This document shows, piece by piece, positions 34,657 through 44,103 of a stretch of 64,000 bases of DNA. The notes beneath the pieces are model-generated. The model saw only the letters and a list, made by a program, of their open reading frames with translations, searched no databases and was not told the origin of the DNA. The position numbers and the translations under genes were made by a program. Position 1 is the first letter of the stretch; every line of letters starts with the position of its first letter. The DNA is from a virus: positions 12,396-76,395 of the IMG/VR virus record IMGVR_UViG_3300047444_000198. One strand, written 5' to 3'.

Positions 34657-35090
34657 GCCTGGCCCATGATGTTGCGGGCGTCCCGAATGAGAGTCACCAG
34701 CGTGCCCGGAGCGCCGTCAGTGGTGAAGTCGTCAGCGACGTGACGAACGAAGCTCGCAAGCTCGCCCACGTCGTACCCCTCGCTGGGCGAGTCTCCCTCG
34801 GGGCTGTCGCCGTACATGAGCCAGTTGCTCAGCGTCTCGTCCAGGTCGGTGATCTTCTCCATGGCGTCGTCGCCGTAGAACTTGATCTCACAGCCAACAG
34901 AGCCGTAGACGATGTGGAGCGTGTGACCGGTGCGACCGATGACCTCGACGCCATTGCTGGTGTAGCGCTCGGGCACGCTGGTGAGTTGAACGCTGGTGAC
35001 GGTGTCCAGCTTAATCGTCTTGCGCTGGCCGAAGGTGTCCCACAGGCAGATAGCTCGGGCGTTGACGACGTAGTCGGTGTAACTGCTCAT
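34653..35090 (-). CDS. Hypothetical protein
   Basis: Leaderless ORF under a promoter unit. Confidence 0.65.
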   Translation of the reverse strand: MSSYTDYVVNARAICLWDTFGQRKTIKLDTVTSVQLTSVPERYTSNGVEVIGRTGHTLHIVYGSVGCEIKFYGDDAMEKITDLDETLSNWLMYGDSPEGDSPSEGYDVGELASFVRHVADDFTTDGAPGTLVTLIRDARNIMGQA

Positions 35091-35094
35091 GCAG

Positions 35095-35484
35095 TCAGTC
35101 TAGTTGCGTTGACTCAACAGCGCATGAGTCGTTCGGCTCATCTTCCAGCACGTCCCACACGTTGGTCACGAACTCGACCAGGGGCAGGATGGGATCACCG
35201 CGCTTGCACGTCCACTGCACCAGGCCCAAGCCGGTCAACCGGCGCACGTGACCTTGTACACAGGACGTGCTGAGACCGGTCCTGTCGCGCAGATCGTGAA
35301 TGCTCTCCACGCCGTCCATGACATGGAACAGAAGCTCGGTAGCAGTCGGACCCACGGCCTCGAAGCCACGCATGCGCCAGTAGCCGATCTGCTGCGGTCG
35401 CCAGTTGGGACCTAGCTGCTGCGGCGCAGAGGGCGGAACTACAAGAGCCTCCGGAGAGGCAGGGTCATCCGGAGGCTCCTGCAT
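35095..35484 (-). CDS. Winged-helix/HTH protein
   Basis: SIHDLRDRTGLSTSCVQGHVRRLTGLGLV. Confidence 0.6.
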   Translation of the reverse strand: MQEPPDDPASPEALVVPPSAPQQLGPNWRPQQIGYWRMRGFEAVGPTATELLFHVMDGVESIHDLRDRTGLSTSCVQGHVRRLTGLGLVQWTCKRGDPILPLVEFVTNVWDVLEDEPNDSCAVESTQLD

Positions 35485-35709
35485 CGGTTCCAGTGTAGCG
35501 GCTTTGGCACCCTCTACACATGGGCCAAACGGCTCATTCGACTGTCAGTGTCAGTGGGCGAATCGTGATGACTCACCATGACAGGAACGTGTGTTCTTAC
35601 CCCTCCTTGGGGGTGCTGCGTGGTGCAGGCTCGGGCGGCGCAGCATCGAGCACAGCATCGAGCAGTTCGCCGGGGTTGGGCAGGGGCTTGACGTCGAGCG
35701 GTTCGTCAT

Positions 35710-36963
35710 TCATGAAGGCCACGCTTTCGTAAAGATGTTCTGCTTCATGTCCCGGTAGATCTGGTACTTGGTACCACTTGTGGCCTGCCACCCAAAGCTG
35801 TCCTCTCGACCGTCGCCGGTCTTGCGGTCGATGGCACAGAACCAGAAGAACGGGCCGAGACGGTTGGCGTACTGGTTGAGGCAGCCACCGGGGAGGTAGG
35901 CGTTGAGCGCATCCTGAGCCCGCTGTGACTGCGTGGCCTGATTGCCACCCACGGCGCTACGGGGACAACCGGTCTCGGTGGTCCACAAGCTCACGCCCCG
36001 CCCTGGTGCGTACTTGTCGATGATGGCGAGCGCCGCCGCCACTGCCTTGGGTGACCATGACGGCCAGTTACCCACGTCCTTGCACGCCGTGTCGGTGTCC
36101 AAGTACGGGTGCCAACCGACAGCATCGCAGGCCGAGAACAGACCTTTCTGGCCGTAGCTCTCGATGGTGGACAACGCGCCACACCCTGGCGGGGACGGCT
36201 GGCCGGTGGACTGGAACACCGTGTCGGCCGTGGACAGGCCTCCGCTCACGACGATCATCTGAGGCACTGACGCCTTGATCGCCGGGTAGGCAGCCTTCAT
36301 CATGCGCGTGTACTTGCCTCGGTAGGCGTCATCCGTGGACGGCTGGCCGGTCCAGAAGCCGGAGAGATTCTGCTCGTTCCACAACTCGATGGCGGTCACG
36401 CCCATGTTCCACAGGTGCCCCGCCGCCTTGCTGCACCAGTCGGCATAGTCCCCGTCGTTGGTGGGCGGGTTCTTGTCGTTGGACGCCCCGTTCATCCATT
36501 GAGGCAACATGTACAGAATCGGTAGAGGCTTGATTCCGCGGGTCAGGGCCACTTGGACCCAGCGGTCAGTGTCGGCCCAGTTGTAGACGCCCTTCTGCGG
36601 GGACACCTGGCGCACCGGGTAGTCACCACGCCACCAGCCCGCGCCGACGTCCTTGATTATGTCGCCCTGTTGGGCCAGGAAGTCAGACGGCACGCCCTGC
36701 ACCTGCTCTAGCGGCATGGAGAACGCGCCATAGCGCTGGCCGAGAGTCTGTGTGGTCGTGGGCGGCTGGATCGGGGGCTGGATGGGCGGCTCAACCGGGG
36801 GTGTGACGGGCGGCTTGTACGCCGCTAGGGCGTCAGCGTCGGCATTGATCGCCGCCGCTGCGTTGTTGACGTTGGTCGCCTGTTGAGTCAGGGCGGTGCC
36901 GACGTTGGTTAGGGCGGTGGCCTGCTTACGCAGGTCATCGATGACTGGTTGCAGGTCACTCAT
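35710..36963 (-). CDS. Clan GH-A glycoside hydrolase (GH5/GH39-like)
   Basis: Acid/base IELWNEQN and nucleophile WTTETG motifs, YNW..TD, GWHPY; N-terminal coiled coil and Pro linker. Confidence 0.8.
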   Translation of the reverse strand: MSDLQPVIDDLRKQATALTNVGTALTQQATNVNNAAAAINADADALAAYKPPVTPPVEPPIQPPIQPPTTTQTLGQRYGAFSMPLEQVQGVPSDFLAQQGDIIKDVGAGWWRGDYPVRQVSPQKGVYNWADTDRWVQVALTRGIKPLPILYMLPQWMNGASNDKNPPTNDGDYADWCSKAAGHLWNMGVTAIELWNEQNLSGFWTGQPSTDDAYRGKYTRMMKAAYPAIKASVPQMIVVSGGLSTADTVFQSTGQPSPPGCGALSTIESYGQKGLFSACDAVGWHPYLDTDTACKDVGNWPSWSPKAVAAALAIIDKYAPGRGVSLWTTETGCPRSAVGGNQATQSQRAQDALNAYLPGGCLNQYANRLGPFFWFCAIDRKTGDGREDSFGWQATSGTKYQIYRDMKQNIFTKAWPS

Positions 36964-38681
36964 GCAACCGAACCGTAACACGTCACCACTTACCCCTCAG
37001 CGACCAGCCGTTCAGCCTCCACGAACAGATCCAGGTCGAAGATGCGTACCAGGTGGAAGGCCCGACACAGGTCGCCGCCGTCCTCGTCAACGATGATCCG
37101 GTTGTGATCGCCCTTGACCATGGCATCGATGGCGTCGCGGCAGTCCGGGATGGCGTTGGGGCACTCCATCGCCCACGTCATCCACCACGTGAGCGCATGC
37201 TCGGTGCCCTTGAACAGGATCATCTCGGGCAGGAGTTGAGCCAGCGGGTGTTCAGTCATCCGTCCAGCCTCTTGCACGTGGCGCATTCCGGAGCATCTGA
37301 TGCGGTGCCCTTCCACGTGGAGTACGTGATGAGCACGCCACACAGGGTCAGTTCAGCACCACCAGGGATACCACGGACGTGGTGAGCGGCGACGTGCTGC
37401 TCAGTTGCCAGGCCCTCGGCATTGACCGAGACGTCGGGGTAGTTGACCGTAGTCATGACGTCAGGTAGTTCACGACGATGTTGCGGGCGTCGGGCCACTC
37501 GATCTCGACCTGCTCGGCGTAGACAGCAGCCGTGATCTCATCGGAGAAGGGCACCGAGAAGTGCTCAGGCCCAGCGAAGTGCGGACCATCGATGGAGAAG
37601 GTGACGGAGTGGGTGGGAGGCATGGTCTCAGTCTACTCCCTCTGTTGAGTCATCACCATGGGTCATTCGGCCCTCCGTGGTCTGCGCGCCATACCTCGTA
37701 ACGAGCCTTGACGATCACCAGGACTGTCAGTGTCAGTGCACTCAACAGCGCGATGCGCTTCATATCGTGCCCCTGAGCATCACACTCTTGACCGTGACCG
37801 TTATCTCGGGACTCAGATCTTCGGCCTCAGCAGCGATGGCCTCGGCCAGAGTGTTGATGTTGAGCGTCGGCTCGTCAGGATTGGGCGGCTCGTGATGCAC
37901 CACCCGCAGCGTCACCTCGTACTCGTAATCGTGCGCCTTCATGCGTACGGGCCGCTCGGATTGTACGGGCGCACCGTCACGTCACCAGGCTTGTCCCACA
38001 CCACGGTCCCTGATTCCAGGTCCAGGATGTACGGGGCATTGTCCCACGTGGGCGACTCCATCCAGTCGGTGAGCCGCAGAGCATCGTCAGGCGCGAAGCC
38101 CTGACGCTCCATGGTGCGGCGAAGGGACGCCCGCCGCCATGCCTTACGAAACGTCTGACGCTTGCCCATGCTCTGTCCCTCTCGTCTCTTTGACCCACCC
38201 TGCCCACCAGGACAGAGCATCGTACAGGTTCGGTACCTCGGGGAAAGTCTCGGGGTGACCGAACCAGGTGGAGCGGACCACGCTATTGCCGTGCACGTCG
38301 TAGCCCTTGAAGATGGCGACGTAGTCACTGGTCGTGACCGTCTTGGCCCGGTGGAACAGCGACCGGCGCACGTCCACCAGCCACGCGTACTCGTAGTCGA
38401 AGTCAGCGAACGCCTGTACCCACATCCACGTGGTGTCGTCCACTCGGGTGCCCTCGGCCGGTTGCACGGCAGCCAGCTTGTTCAGGATGCCCGCTAGCTC
38501 GTCGTTCACCAGATCGGTGCCGTGGATGGCCCGACGTTGGGCCGCAGTAGCAGTCATCACCGCCCCAATCTAAAGACGGTGATGACGAGAGCGAGCAGAG
38601 AGACCGGACGGACCCGCCGCTGCTCACGGTACCGGAGCGCTCGGGGCTGCTTCCGCAGCCGCATGGGAGGCATGGGGAGCA

Positions 38682-39485
38682 TCAGACGGCCACCTTCCCC
38701 TTGTTGGCGTTGATGGACGCCATGAGGTCGGACAGGAGGTCAGGACCGGACGGCTGTGCGTCAAGGACCACCGCAGGCTCGACACCCGCCGCCTTGTTGT
38801 CCACGTAGGTCTGGATGGCCTGCGACGTGGTATCGACCAGTACCGGGGCGCTCACGCCCACGCTCTCGATCAGCGCCAGAGCAAGGTCGCTCTCCTGCTT
38901 GCTCACGGTCGCCGTGGGCAGATCGATGGGCTGGCGGATGGCGTCGGCCGTGACCACGTACCGGAGGTCCCCGGCGCAGTCCAGGATGGCGTACCGGGCC
39001 GGTCCCCGCATGGCGAGCTTCACCAGCGCGACCACCTTGCGCTCCTTCATGGCAGCGAGCAACAGCGTCAGCGCCTTGACACCGGACGGGTCCGACTTGC
39101 CCTTCACCCGGCGTGGCCTGATCTGGTACAGGCCTTCCGTGAGGTACTGGCCCAGGTTGCGGGTCTGGATGAACGTCTCGATGACGGCGATGCCCTTCGG
39201 CATGGTTGCGTCAACGATCTCGTCGTCGTCCAGCGTCACCCACGCACCGGACGTTGCCTCAGCACGGCGCACCACGTCAGCGCGATCGATGATGACACCG
39301 GTCGTCTTGTTGGTGAGCGCACGGCCCACCGGCTGCCAGGCGCCCTCAGCGTCCTTGGTGAACTCCTTGCGGGCGATCCGCACTTCCTCGGTGCCGGTGT
39401 AGGCCGAGACCGGAATGTTGAGCAGACCCCAGGAGATGGTGAAGGAGGTTGTGGCCCGGTTGGGAGTGGGGGCGATTGCTTTCAT
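38682..39485 (-). CDS. ku: Ku-like DNA end-binding protein
   Basis: TISWGLLNIPVSAYTGT, WVTLDDDEI, LLLAAM, DLALALIES, DLLSDLMASI follow the prokaryotic Ku layout. Confidence 0.8.
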   Translation of the reverse strand: MKAIAPTPNRATTSFTISWGLLNIPVSAYTGTEEVRIARKEFTKDAEGAWQPVGRALTNKTTGVIIDRADVVRRAEATSGAWVTLDDDEIVDATMPKGIAVIETFIQTRNLGQYLTEGLYQIRPRRVKGKSDPSGVKALTLLLAAMKERKVVALVKLAMRGPARYAILDCAGDLRYVVTADAIRQPIDLPTATVSKQESDLALALIESVGVSAPVLVDTTSQAIQTYVDNKAAGVEPAVVLDAQPSGPDLLSDLMASINANKGKVAV

Positions 39486-39549
39486 GTCTCTATTCTACTC
39501 TTTCCGTTCCTTGTACGTATGGGCCGTTCGTACCATTTGGTACCGCCCC

Positions 39550-40596
39550 TCACCCGAATGGTGAGGGGCTGTCGGCGAAGTTGTCGCCAGAGCCAGTGAG
39601 CGGGTGCCGGTTGTCGGCAGCGTTCGCGATCAGGCCCTTGAACGACCGGGACTCGACAATCTCATCGAACACCAGTTTCTCGTCGGCCGTGAACATGGAG
39701 CGCAGGACGAACAGCGCCATGTCAACGCCATCCTCGATCACGTCTGAGCAGACCCGCATGAGCGCGCTGGTACCAACTGGCGTCCGGATATGGCCGGTGG
39801 CCCTCGCCTGGCGCAGAGCGTCACCCAGCGTGCGAACCGCATCGTTAGGGATCAGCCGGTGCTCGACCGTGGGATCGTAGGCCCATTCCAGGTGCCGGAA
39901 CCGGTTGGCGAAGGCCTCATTCAGCGCACCCGCGCCCCGGTAGTTGGGGTTCATGGTGCCGACGATCCACAGGTCGGGACTGATGTGCACGGTCTCAGGC
40001 ATGAAGCCGTCGCCGGGGACCTTGACGGCCTTGGCCCGGTTGGTGAACGAACGCCGCCAGTCGGCCATGGGATGCAGGGAGGACGTGACCCGCTCCGGCA
40101 TCATGTTCACTTCGTCCAGGTAGAAGATGCCGCCGATCCTGGCAGCCATGTCAGCGATGCCGGGGAGCCAGACGATCTGCTCCTGGCCGGTCTCGGGATT
40201 GGTCCAGGCCGTGGGTTGACCGAACATGTCGAAGTCGGTGATGCCGTTGCTGGCCGAGAGGGTGAACACCGGGACCGGGAGCACCTTGCCATCACGGTTC
40301 AGGCCCATGGCCTCCCCGATGTGGATGGCGAGGACGTTGACGAGCATCGTCTTGCCACCCTGCGTGTCGCCCACCAGCAGGACGTTCTCCCGGCTGGCCC
40401 ACTTCGCCAACAGGTACTCGACGTCAGTCTTGCCATTGGGCAGCTTGCGACTCACGTACTCCTGCACCAGCGCCGGATCGGGCCGGAACATGTCGAGACG
40501 AGGGTCATCGATGGTCAGCGCGACCGATTCCTCGTGCGTCACCGTCAGGTGGCGGGGAGCGGTGCGCTTCATCACTTTGGTGGGCTGCTCGGTCAC
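39550..40596 (-). CDS. MoxR/CbbQ-NirQ-like AAA+ ATPase
   Basis: LLVGDTQGGKT, FYLDEVN, GTMNPNYRG, LNEAFANRF. Confidence 0.9.
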   Translation of the reverse strand: MTEQPTKVMKRTAPRHLTVTHEESVALTIDDPRLDMFRPDPALVQEYVSRKLPNGKTDVEYLLAKWASRENVLLVGDTQGGKTMLVNVLAIHIGEAMGLNRDGKVLPVPVFTLSASNGITDFDMFGQPTAWTNPETGQEQIVWLPGIADMAARIGGIFYLDEVNMMPERVTSSLHPMADWRRSFTNRAKAVKVPGDGFMPETVHISPDLWIVGTMNPNYRGAGALNEAFANRFRHLEWAYDPTVEHRLIPNDAVRTLGDALRQARATGHIRTPVGTSALMRVCSDVIEDGVDMALFVLRSMFTADEKLVFDEIVESRSFKGLIANAADNRHPLTGSGDNFADSPSPFG

Positions 40597-40776
40597 TGTC
40601 GTCCTCTCGTCTCAGGTTCGATGCCCATTCTAGCAAGGTCCCGTACCAGGTGCATGGGCCGAAAGCACCATTCTGTTGACTCACTACTCTCTCACGTGTT
40701 GACTCACCCACCACCAGAGCCGAAATAGGTCTCCCGGCCCATGTAGTGGGTACGGTACCCTGCTAGACTGGTGCTC

Positions 40777-42765
40777 ATGACCGAACCAGACGCCACCCGC
40801 ACGCTGCGGGACGTGAGGCGGCAGCAGGCCAGTGAGCGCCGCCGCCTGAAAGAACAGCAGCAGCGGACCCGAGAGCGGATGGATGCCGTCTCGGACAAGA
40901 TGAGCACTGAACAGGCTGAGCGCATCCGCCGCCACAACGCCGTGGTAACGGGCATGGTGCCCCGCATCACCGGGGCCGTGGACTCGTGGGCAGGCAAGCG
41001 CGTGCCCATGAACGTCCAGCACCCGGCCAGCCGGTTCTTCGCCGCTACGGACTTTGAGCGCATCACGCTCATGATCCCCGAGACCGAGACCATCGACCTG
41101 GACTTTGCGGCTGACCTGCGTGGACTGGCGTATCACGAGGCCGGACACATCTTGAAGTCGGTCCCCTTCGCCACGCTGGTCAACGCCGTCATGCCTCTCG
41201 ATGAGAACGTGGCGAGCCACAGCAACCGCATGCGGAGCCTTTCCAAGATGGTCGATCTGGACCAGGACAAGCTCCACCAGGCGTGGAACGTGCTGGAAGA
41301 TCAGCGCATGGAGTCGGCCATGGTGCGGGAGAGCACCAACCTCGGCCGGTACTACAACGTGATCGTCTTGGAGCACGTGCTGCACGGCGGGGTGTCTGAC
41401 ATTGCCTACATGTGGGTCTACGGGCGCAAGCACGTGGATGCCGACGTGCGGGCGGCGGCTCGCGCCGCCATGGTCGTCCAAGAGGGTGAGGCAACGGTCC
41501 AAGCCGCTGAGCGCCTGATCGACACGTACAAGCAGTCCAACGACCCGCTCGTCATGTGGGAGTCGGTCGTCAAGTTCGGTCAACTCATCGGGCACTGCTC
41601 GAATGGCGGCGACCTGGGCAACGGGGCCATGGATGACCATGAGGAAGCCCGCAACCCCGAACCCAAGCCGTTCGACCTTGATGAGTCAACGGAGCCGTCA
41701 CCAGAGCCAGACAGTGAAGGCGAGTGCGACGGCGACGGCGGTGACGGTGAAGATGAGGAAGGCACCGGAGCGCCCGGTGGCGACGGTGACGACAACGACA
41801 GTGAGGATGACGCTGAGGGTCAAGAGGGTGGTGACACCGCTGACCGCCAGGCTCACGGCGATCCCGATGCCTTCCAAAGCGACACCGGAGCGTCCAAGAG
41901 CGTCAACGATGCCGATTGGAGCCGCCGCCTGGTGACTGACGCTCTCAACAAGGCGAGGGAGTCGCGCAACCGGGACGGGAACGTGCTGGGTGACGTCAAG
42001 GCGTACAACCAAGCCGTGTCCGAGGGCCGGGGGAAACTCCCGGTGGCACGCATCCCCTACACCGTAGAGCCTGACGCCATGGTGACCAGCCAGGCCGTCA
42101 AGCTGAATCAGGCTCTCCGCAACCTCATGGAGCAGGCGCGTGCTGAGTCATCGCCCACGTGGCAGACGCAGCAGCGGGCGGGCGTGCTCGACGTGCGGGC
42201 GTACATCACCCGCCAGCCTGGCGAGATGGAGTTCTACAAGCGCTACGCCGAGGGCGGCGACATGCACCTGCCGAACATGGCGGTGAGCCTGTTGCTTGAC
42301 GGGTCATCCTCCATGGATCACCAGGCCCAGCGCCTAGCCATCGCCGCGTTCGGCGTGAAGTCGGCCTGTGACGTGGTGGGCGTGCCCTGCACCGTCACGG
42401 TCTACGACACCGATGCGTACCTGTTGTGGGATGACGAGGATCGTCCGATGGACGTGCCGTACAACATCCTCCCCAGCGGTGGTACCGATCCGAAGCGGGT
42501 GCTCGACCTGCTCGACATGCAGAAGTGCGACAAGGCCAACCACCTGGTCATCATCATGACTGACGGTGCCTGGTCACACCAGTGGCAGACGTCGCTCTCG
42601 CTGGCGCACTACGCCGCCGCCGACCGGGACATGGTCCTGTTCTACCTGGACTGTGACCCGGCGTACGGGCCGCAGGGCACCGACACGTGCTCGCTGGTGC
42701 AGCGCATCGATGACCTACAGGAGATTCCCCGGTTCCTGATGCGCTACCTCGTACGGGCGATGTAA
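40777..42765 (+). CDS. vWA-domain partner of the AAA ATPase (CobT-like) with HExxH motif
   Basis: YHEAGH, WNVLED.RME, acidic linker, MIDAS LLDGSSSM, GGT, IMTDG; leaderless ATG 40777 after TAGACT. Confidence 0.85.
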   Translation: MTEPDATRTLRDVRRQQASERRRLKEQQQRTRERMDAVSDKMSTEQAERIRRHNAVVTGMVPRITGAVDSWAGKRVPMNVQHPASRFFAATDFERITLMIPETETIDLDFAADLRGLAYHEAGHILKSVPFATLVNAVMPLDENVASHSNRMRSLSKMVDLDQDKLHQAWNVLEDQRMESAMVRESTNLGRYYNVIVLEHVLHGGVSDIAYMWVYGRKHVDADVRAAARAAMVVQEGEATVQAAERLIDTYKQSNDPLVMWESVVKFGQLIGHCSNGGDLGNGAMDDHEEARNPEPKPFDLDESTEPSPEPDSEGECDGDGGDGEDEEGTGAPGGDGDDNDSEDDAEGQEGGDTADRQAHGDPDAFQSDTGASKSVNDADWSRRLVTDALNKARESRNRDGNVLGDVKAYNQAVSEGRGKLPVARIPYTVEPDAMVTSQAVKLNQALRNLMEQARAESSPTWQTQQRAGVLDVRAYITRQPGEMEFYKRYAEGGDMHLPNMAVSLLLDGSSSMDHQAQRLAIAAFGVKSACDVVGVPCTVTVYDTDAYLLWDDEDRPMDVPYNILPSGGTDPKRVLDLLDMQKCDKANHLVIIMTDGAWSHQWQTSLSLAHYAAADRDMVLFYLDCDPAYGPQGTDTCSLVQRIDDLQEIPRFLMRYLVRAM

Positions 42766-42802
42766 TCGTGACTCAACACCCACTGACACTGACAGGCAGG
42801 CC

Positions 42803-43216
42803 ATGAACAGCGACACGGCAGGACTCATCCTCAACGTCTACCTCATCATGCGGCGGCACCAACGGGTACTAGCCGCTACCGGGGACAACCGTCTGGCGAA
42901 CAAGGCCGCATGGCACACCTACGGGCTGATCTGGCTAGCCGGGTGGGCGTTCATCGCCCCTCTCGGCTGCCTGTTCCTGGCCCTGTTCTCACCGGGCTTC
43001 CTGGTGGCCGCAGGCATCCTCGCGCTGCTCATCCCGGTCTGGTTCTACGCCTGGTCGGCTGATCGTCGCTGGGAGGCCACGCTGAGTGCTCAGGCCATCG
43101 AACCGCCGCCGATCCCTGAGCAGTACCCCATGAGTGCCCCTGAGCGCACCATCACCCAGCCGGTGCTCACGGCGTTCTACCGGCCACCGGCCAAGCAGAT
43201 CAGGTCGGCTCGATGA
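42803..43216 (+). CDS. Membrane protein
   Basis: Two hydrophobic segments. Confidence 0.6.
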   Translation: MNSDTAGLILNVYLIMRRHQRVLAATGDNRLANKAAWHTYGLIWLAGWAFIAPLGCLFLALFSPGFLVAAGILALLIPVWFYAWSADRRWEATLSAQAIEPPPIPEQYPMSAPERTITQPVLTAFYRPPAKQIRSAR

Positions 43217-43302
43217 GCCGAATGGCTCTGTCGTGACTCACCAGGAGCCGTGTATACTGAGTCAACACAGAACCTCTAGGACAGGATGGAGCACAAGACG
43301 AG

Positions 43303-43716
43303 ATGGCAACGATTCTCAGATCGTATGACTGGTCACAGGTCAGCCGAGCCAACAAGCGGGCCAGGAGCCGGAGCTACCCCTGGGATGACTGGTTCGATGG
43401 CCGCATCTGGCAGCTAGAGCCGAGGGTGGACTTCGATGGTCCTGCCGTCAGCTTGGAGCGGGTCATCCGGACATCGGCCAACCGTCGCGGTATCAAGGTC
43501 CGCATCCGCATCGATGGCGACGTCGTCGTCGTGCAGCGCCATGAGGACGGCGATCCCTTCCGGACGATCACCAAGTCCCCGAGCTTGAAGTCGATCAAGG
43601 CGGCGAAGGAGGCCGAGACGAACGGCCACAAGCCCGAGCCGGTCAAGGTCTCGGCCACGAAGAAGGTCGCTCCCGCCACGCCTCGTAAGCGCGTGTTGAA
43701 GCGCGTGAGCGTCTAG
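43303..43716 (+). CDS. Hypothetical protein with basic tail
   Basis: YPWDDWFDG motif; preceded by a promoter unit. Confidence 0.65.
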   Translation: MATILRSYDWSQVSRANKRARSRSYPWDDWFDGRIWQLEPRVDFDGPAVSLERVIRTSANRRGIKVRIRIDGDVVVVQRHEDGDPFRTITKSPSLKSIKAAKEAETNGHKPEPVKVSATKKVAPATPRKRVLKRVSV

Positions 43717-44103
43717 TACCACCCAGCCTCCCCTAGTAAGAGGGGGCGTGTAGAAGCCAGGAACCCGCAACCGCATTTGACCCGAAGCACCGCCCACCGG
43801 ACTCACAGAGTCCAGGGCACCGCTGGCAGGCACAACCGGGCGCGTAAGTGTTCCTGGCTTCTTGCGTTGTCAGTGTCAGTGCGTGCTATGGTCCCGTACC
43901 AGGTGCAAGGGCTGTCCGATCCCTCCACCAAGGGTCGTGCTCCCCAGCTAAGGACTACCGCCAGTCCGAGACGGCCCTTGCACCTGCAAGAGTGGAGCGT
44001 TGAGTCAACAAGATGGGCCGAATGGCCCATGTCAGGGTGGTACCACCGGGTGTATACTGGTCCTTGAACCTGAGGAAACCATCCCCACTGAAAGGGCCAG
44101 CAC

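Larger units (their letters stand above)
24627..44058. promoter_or_regulatory. About 22 copies of a conserved promoter unit: GGCCGAATGGCCCAT-like box, 21-23 nt, TAnnnT -10 box, usually 6-7 nt to the start codon, often with a GTTGASTCAAC palindrome
   Basis: Minus copies begin near 24627, 25591, 26027, 26730, 27332, 27817, 28083, 28590, 29127, 30039, 30726, 31310, 32169, 32918, 35091, 35485, 37624, 39486, 40620; plus copies near 40718, 43213, 43999. Confidence 0.85.

Noticed and set aside
24627-37673. GTTGAGT / ACTCAAC as integron attC core sites (GTTRRRY / RYYYAAC)
   Set aside because: The match comes from one 11-bp palindrome with no long attC stem, the unit has promoter geometry, and no integrase is in the window.
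24627-40710. Repeats as a CRISPR array
   Set aside because: Copies are degenerate and separated by 0.3-2 kb of coding DNA; no cas genes.
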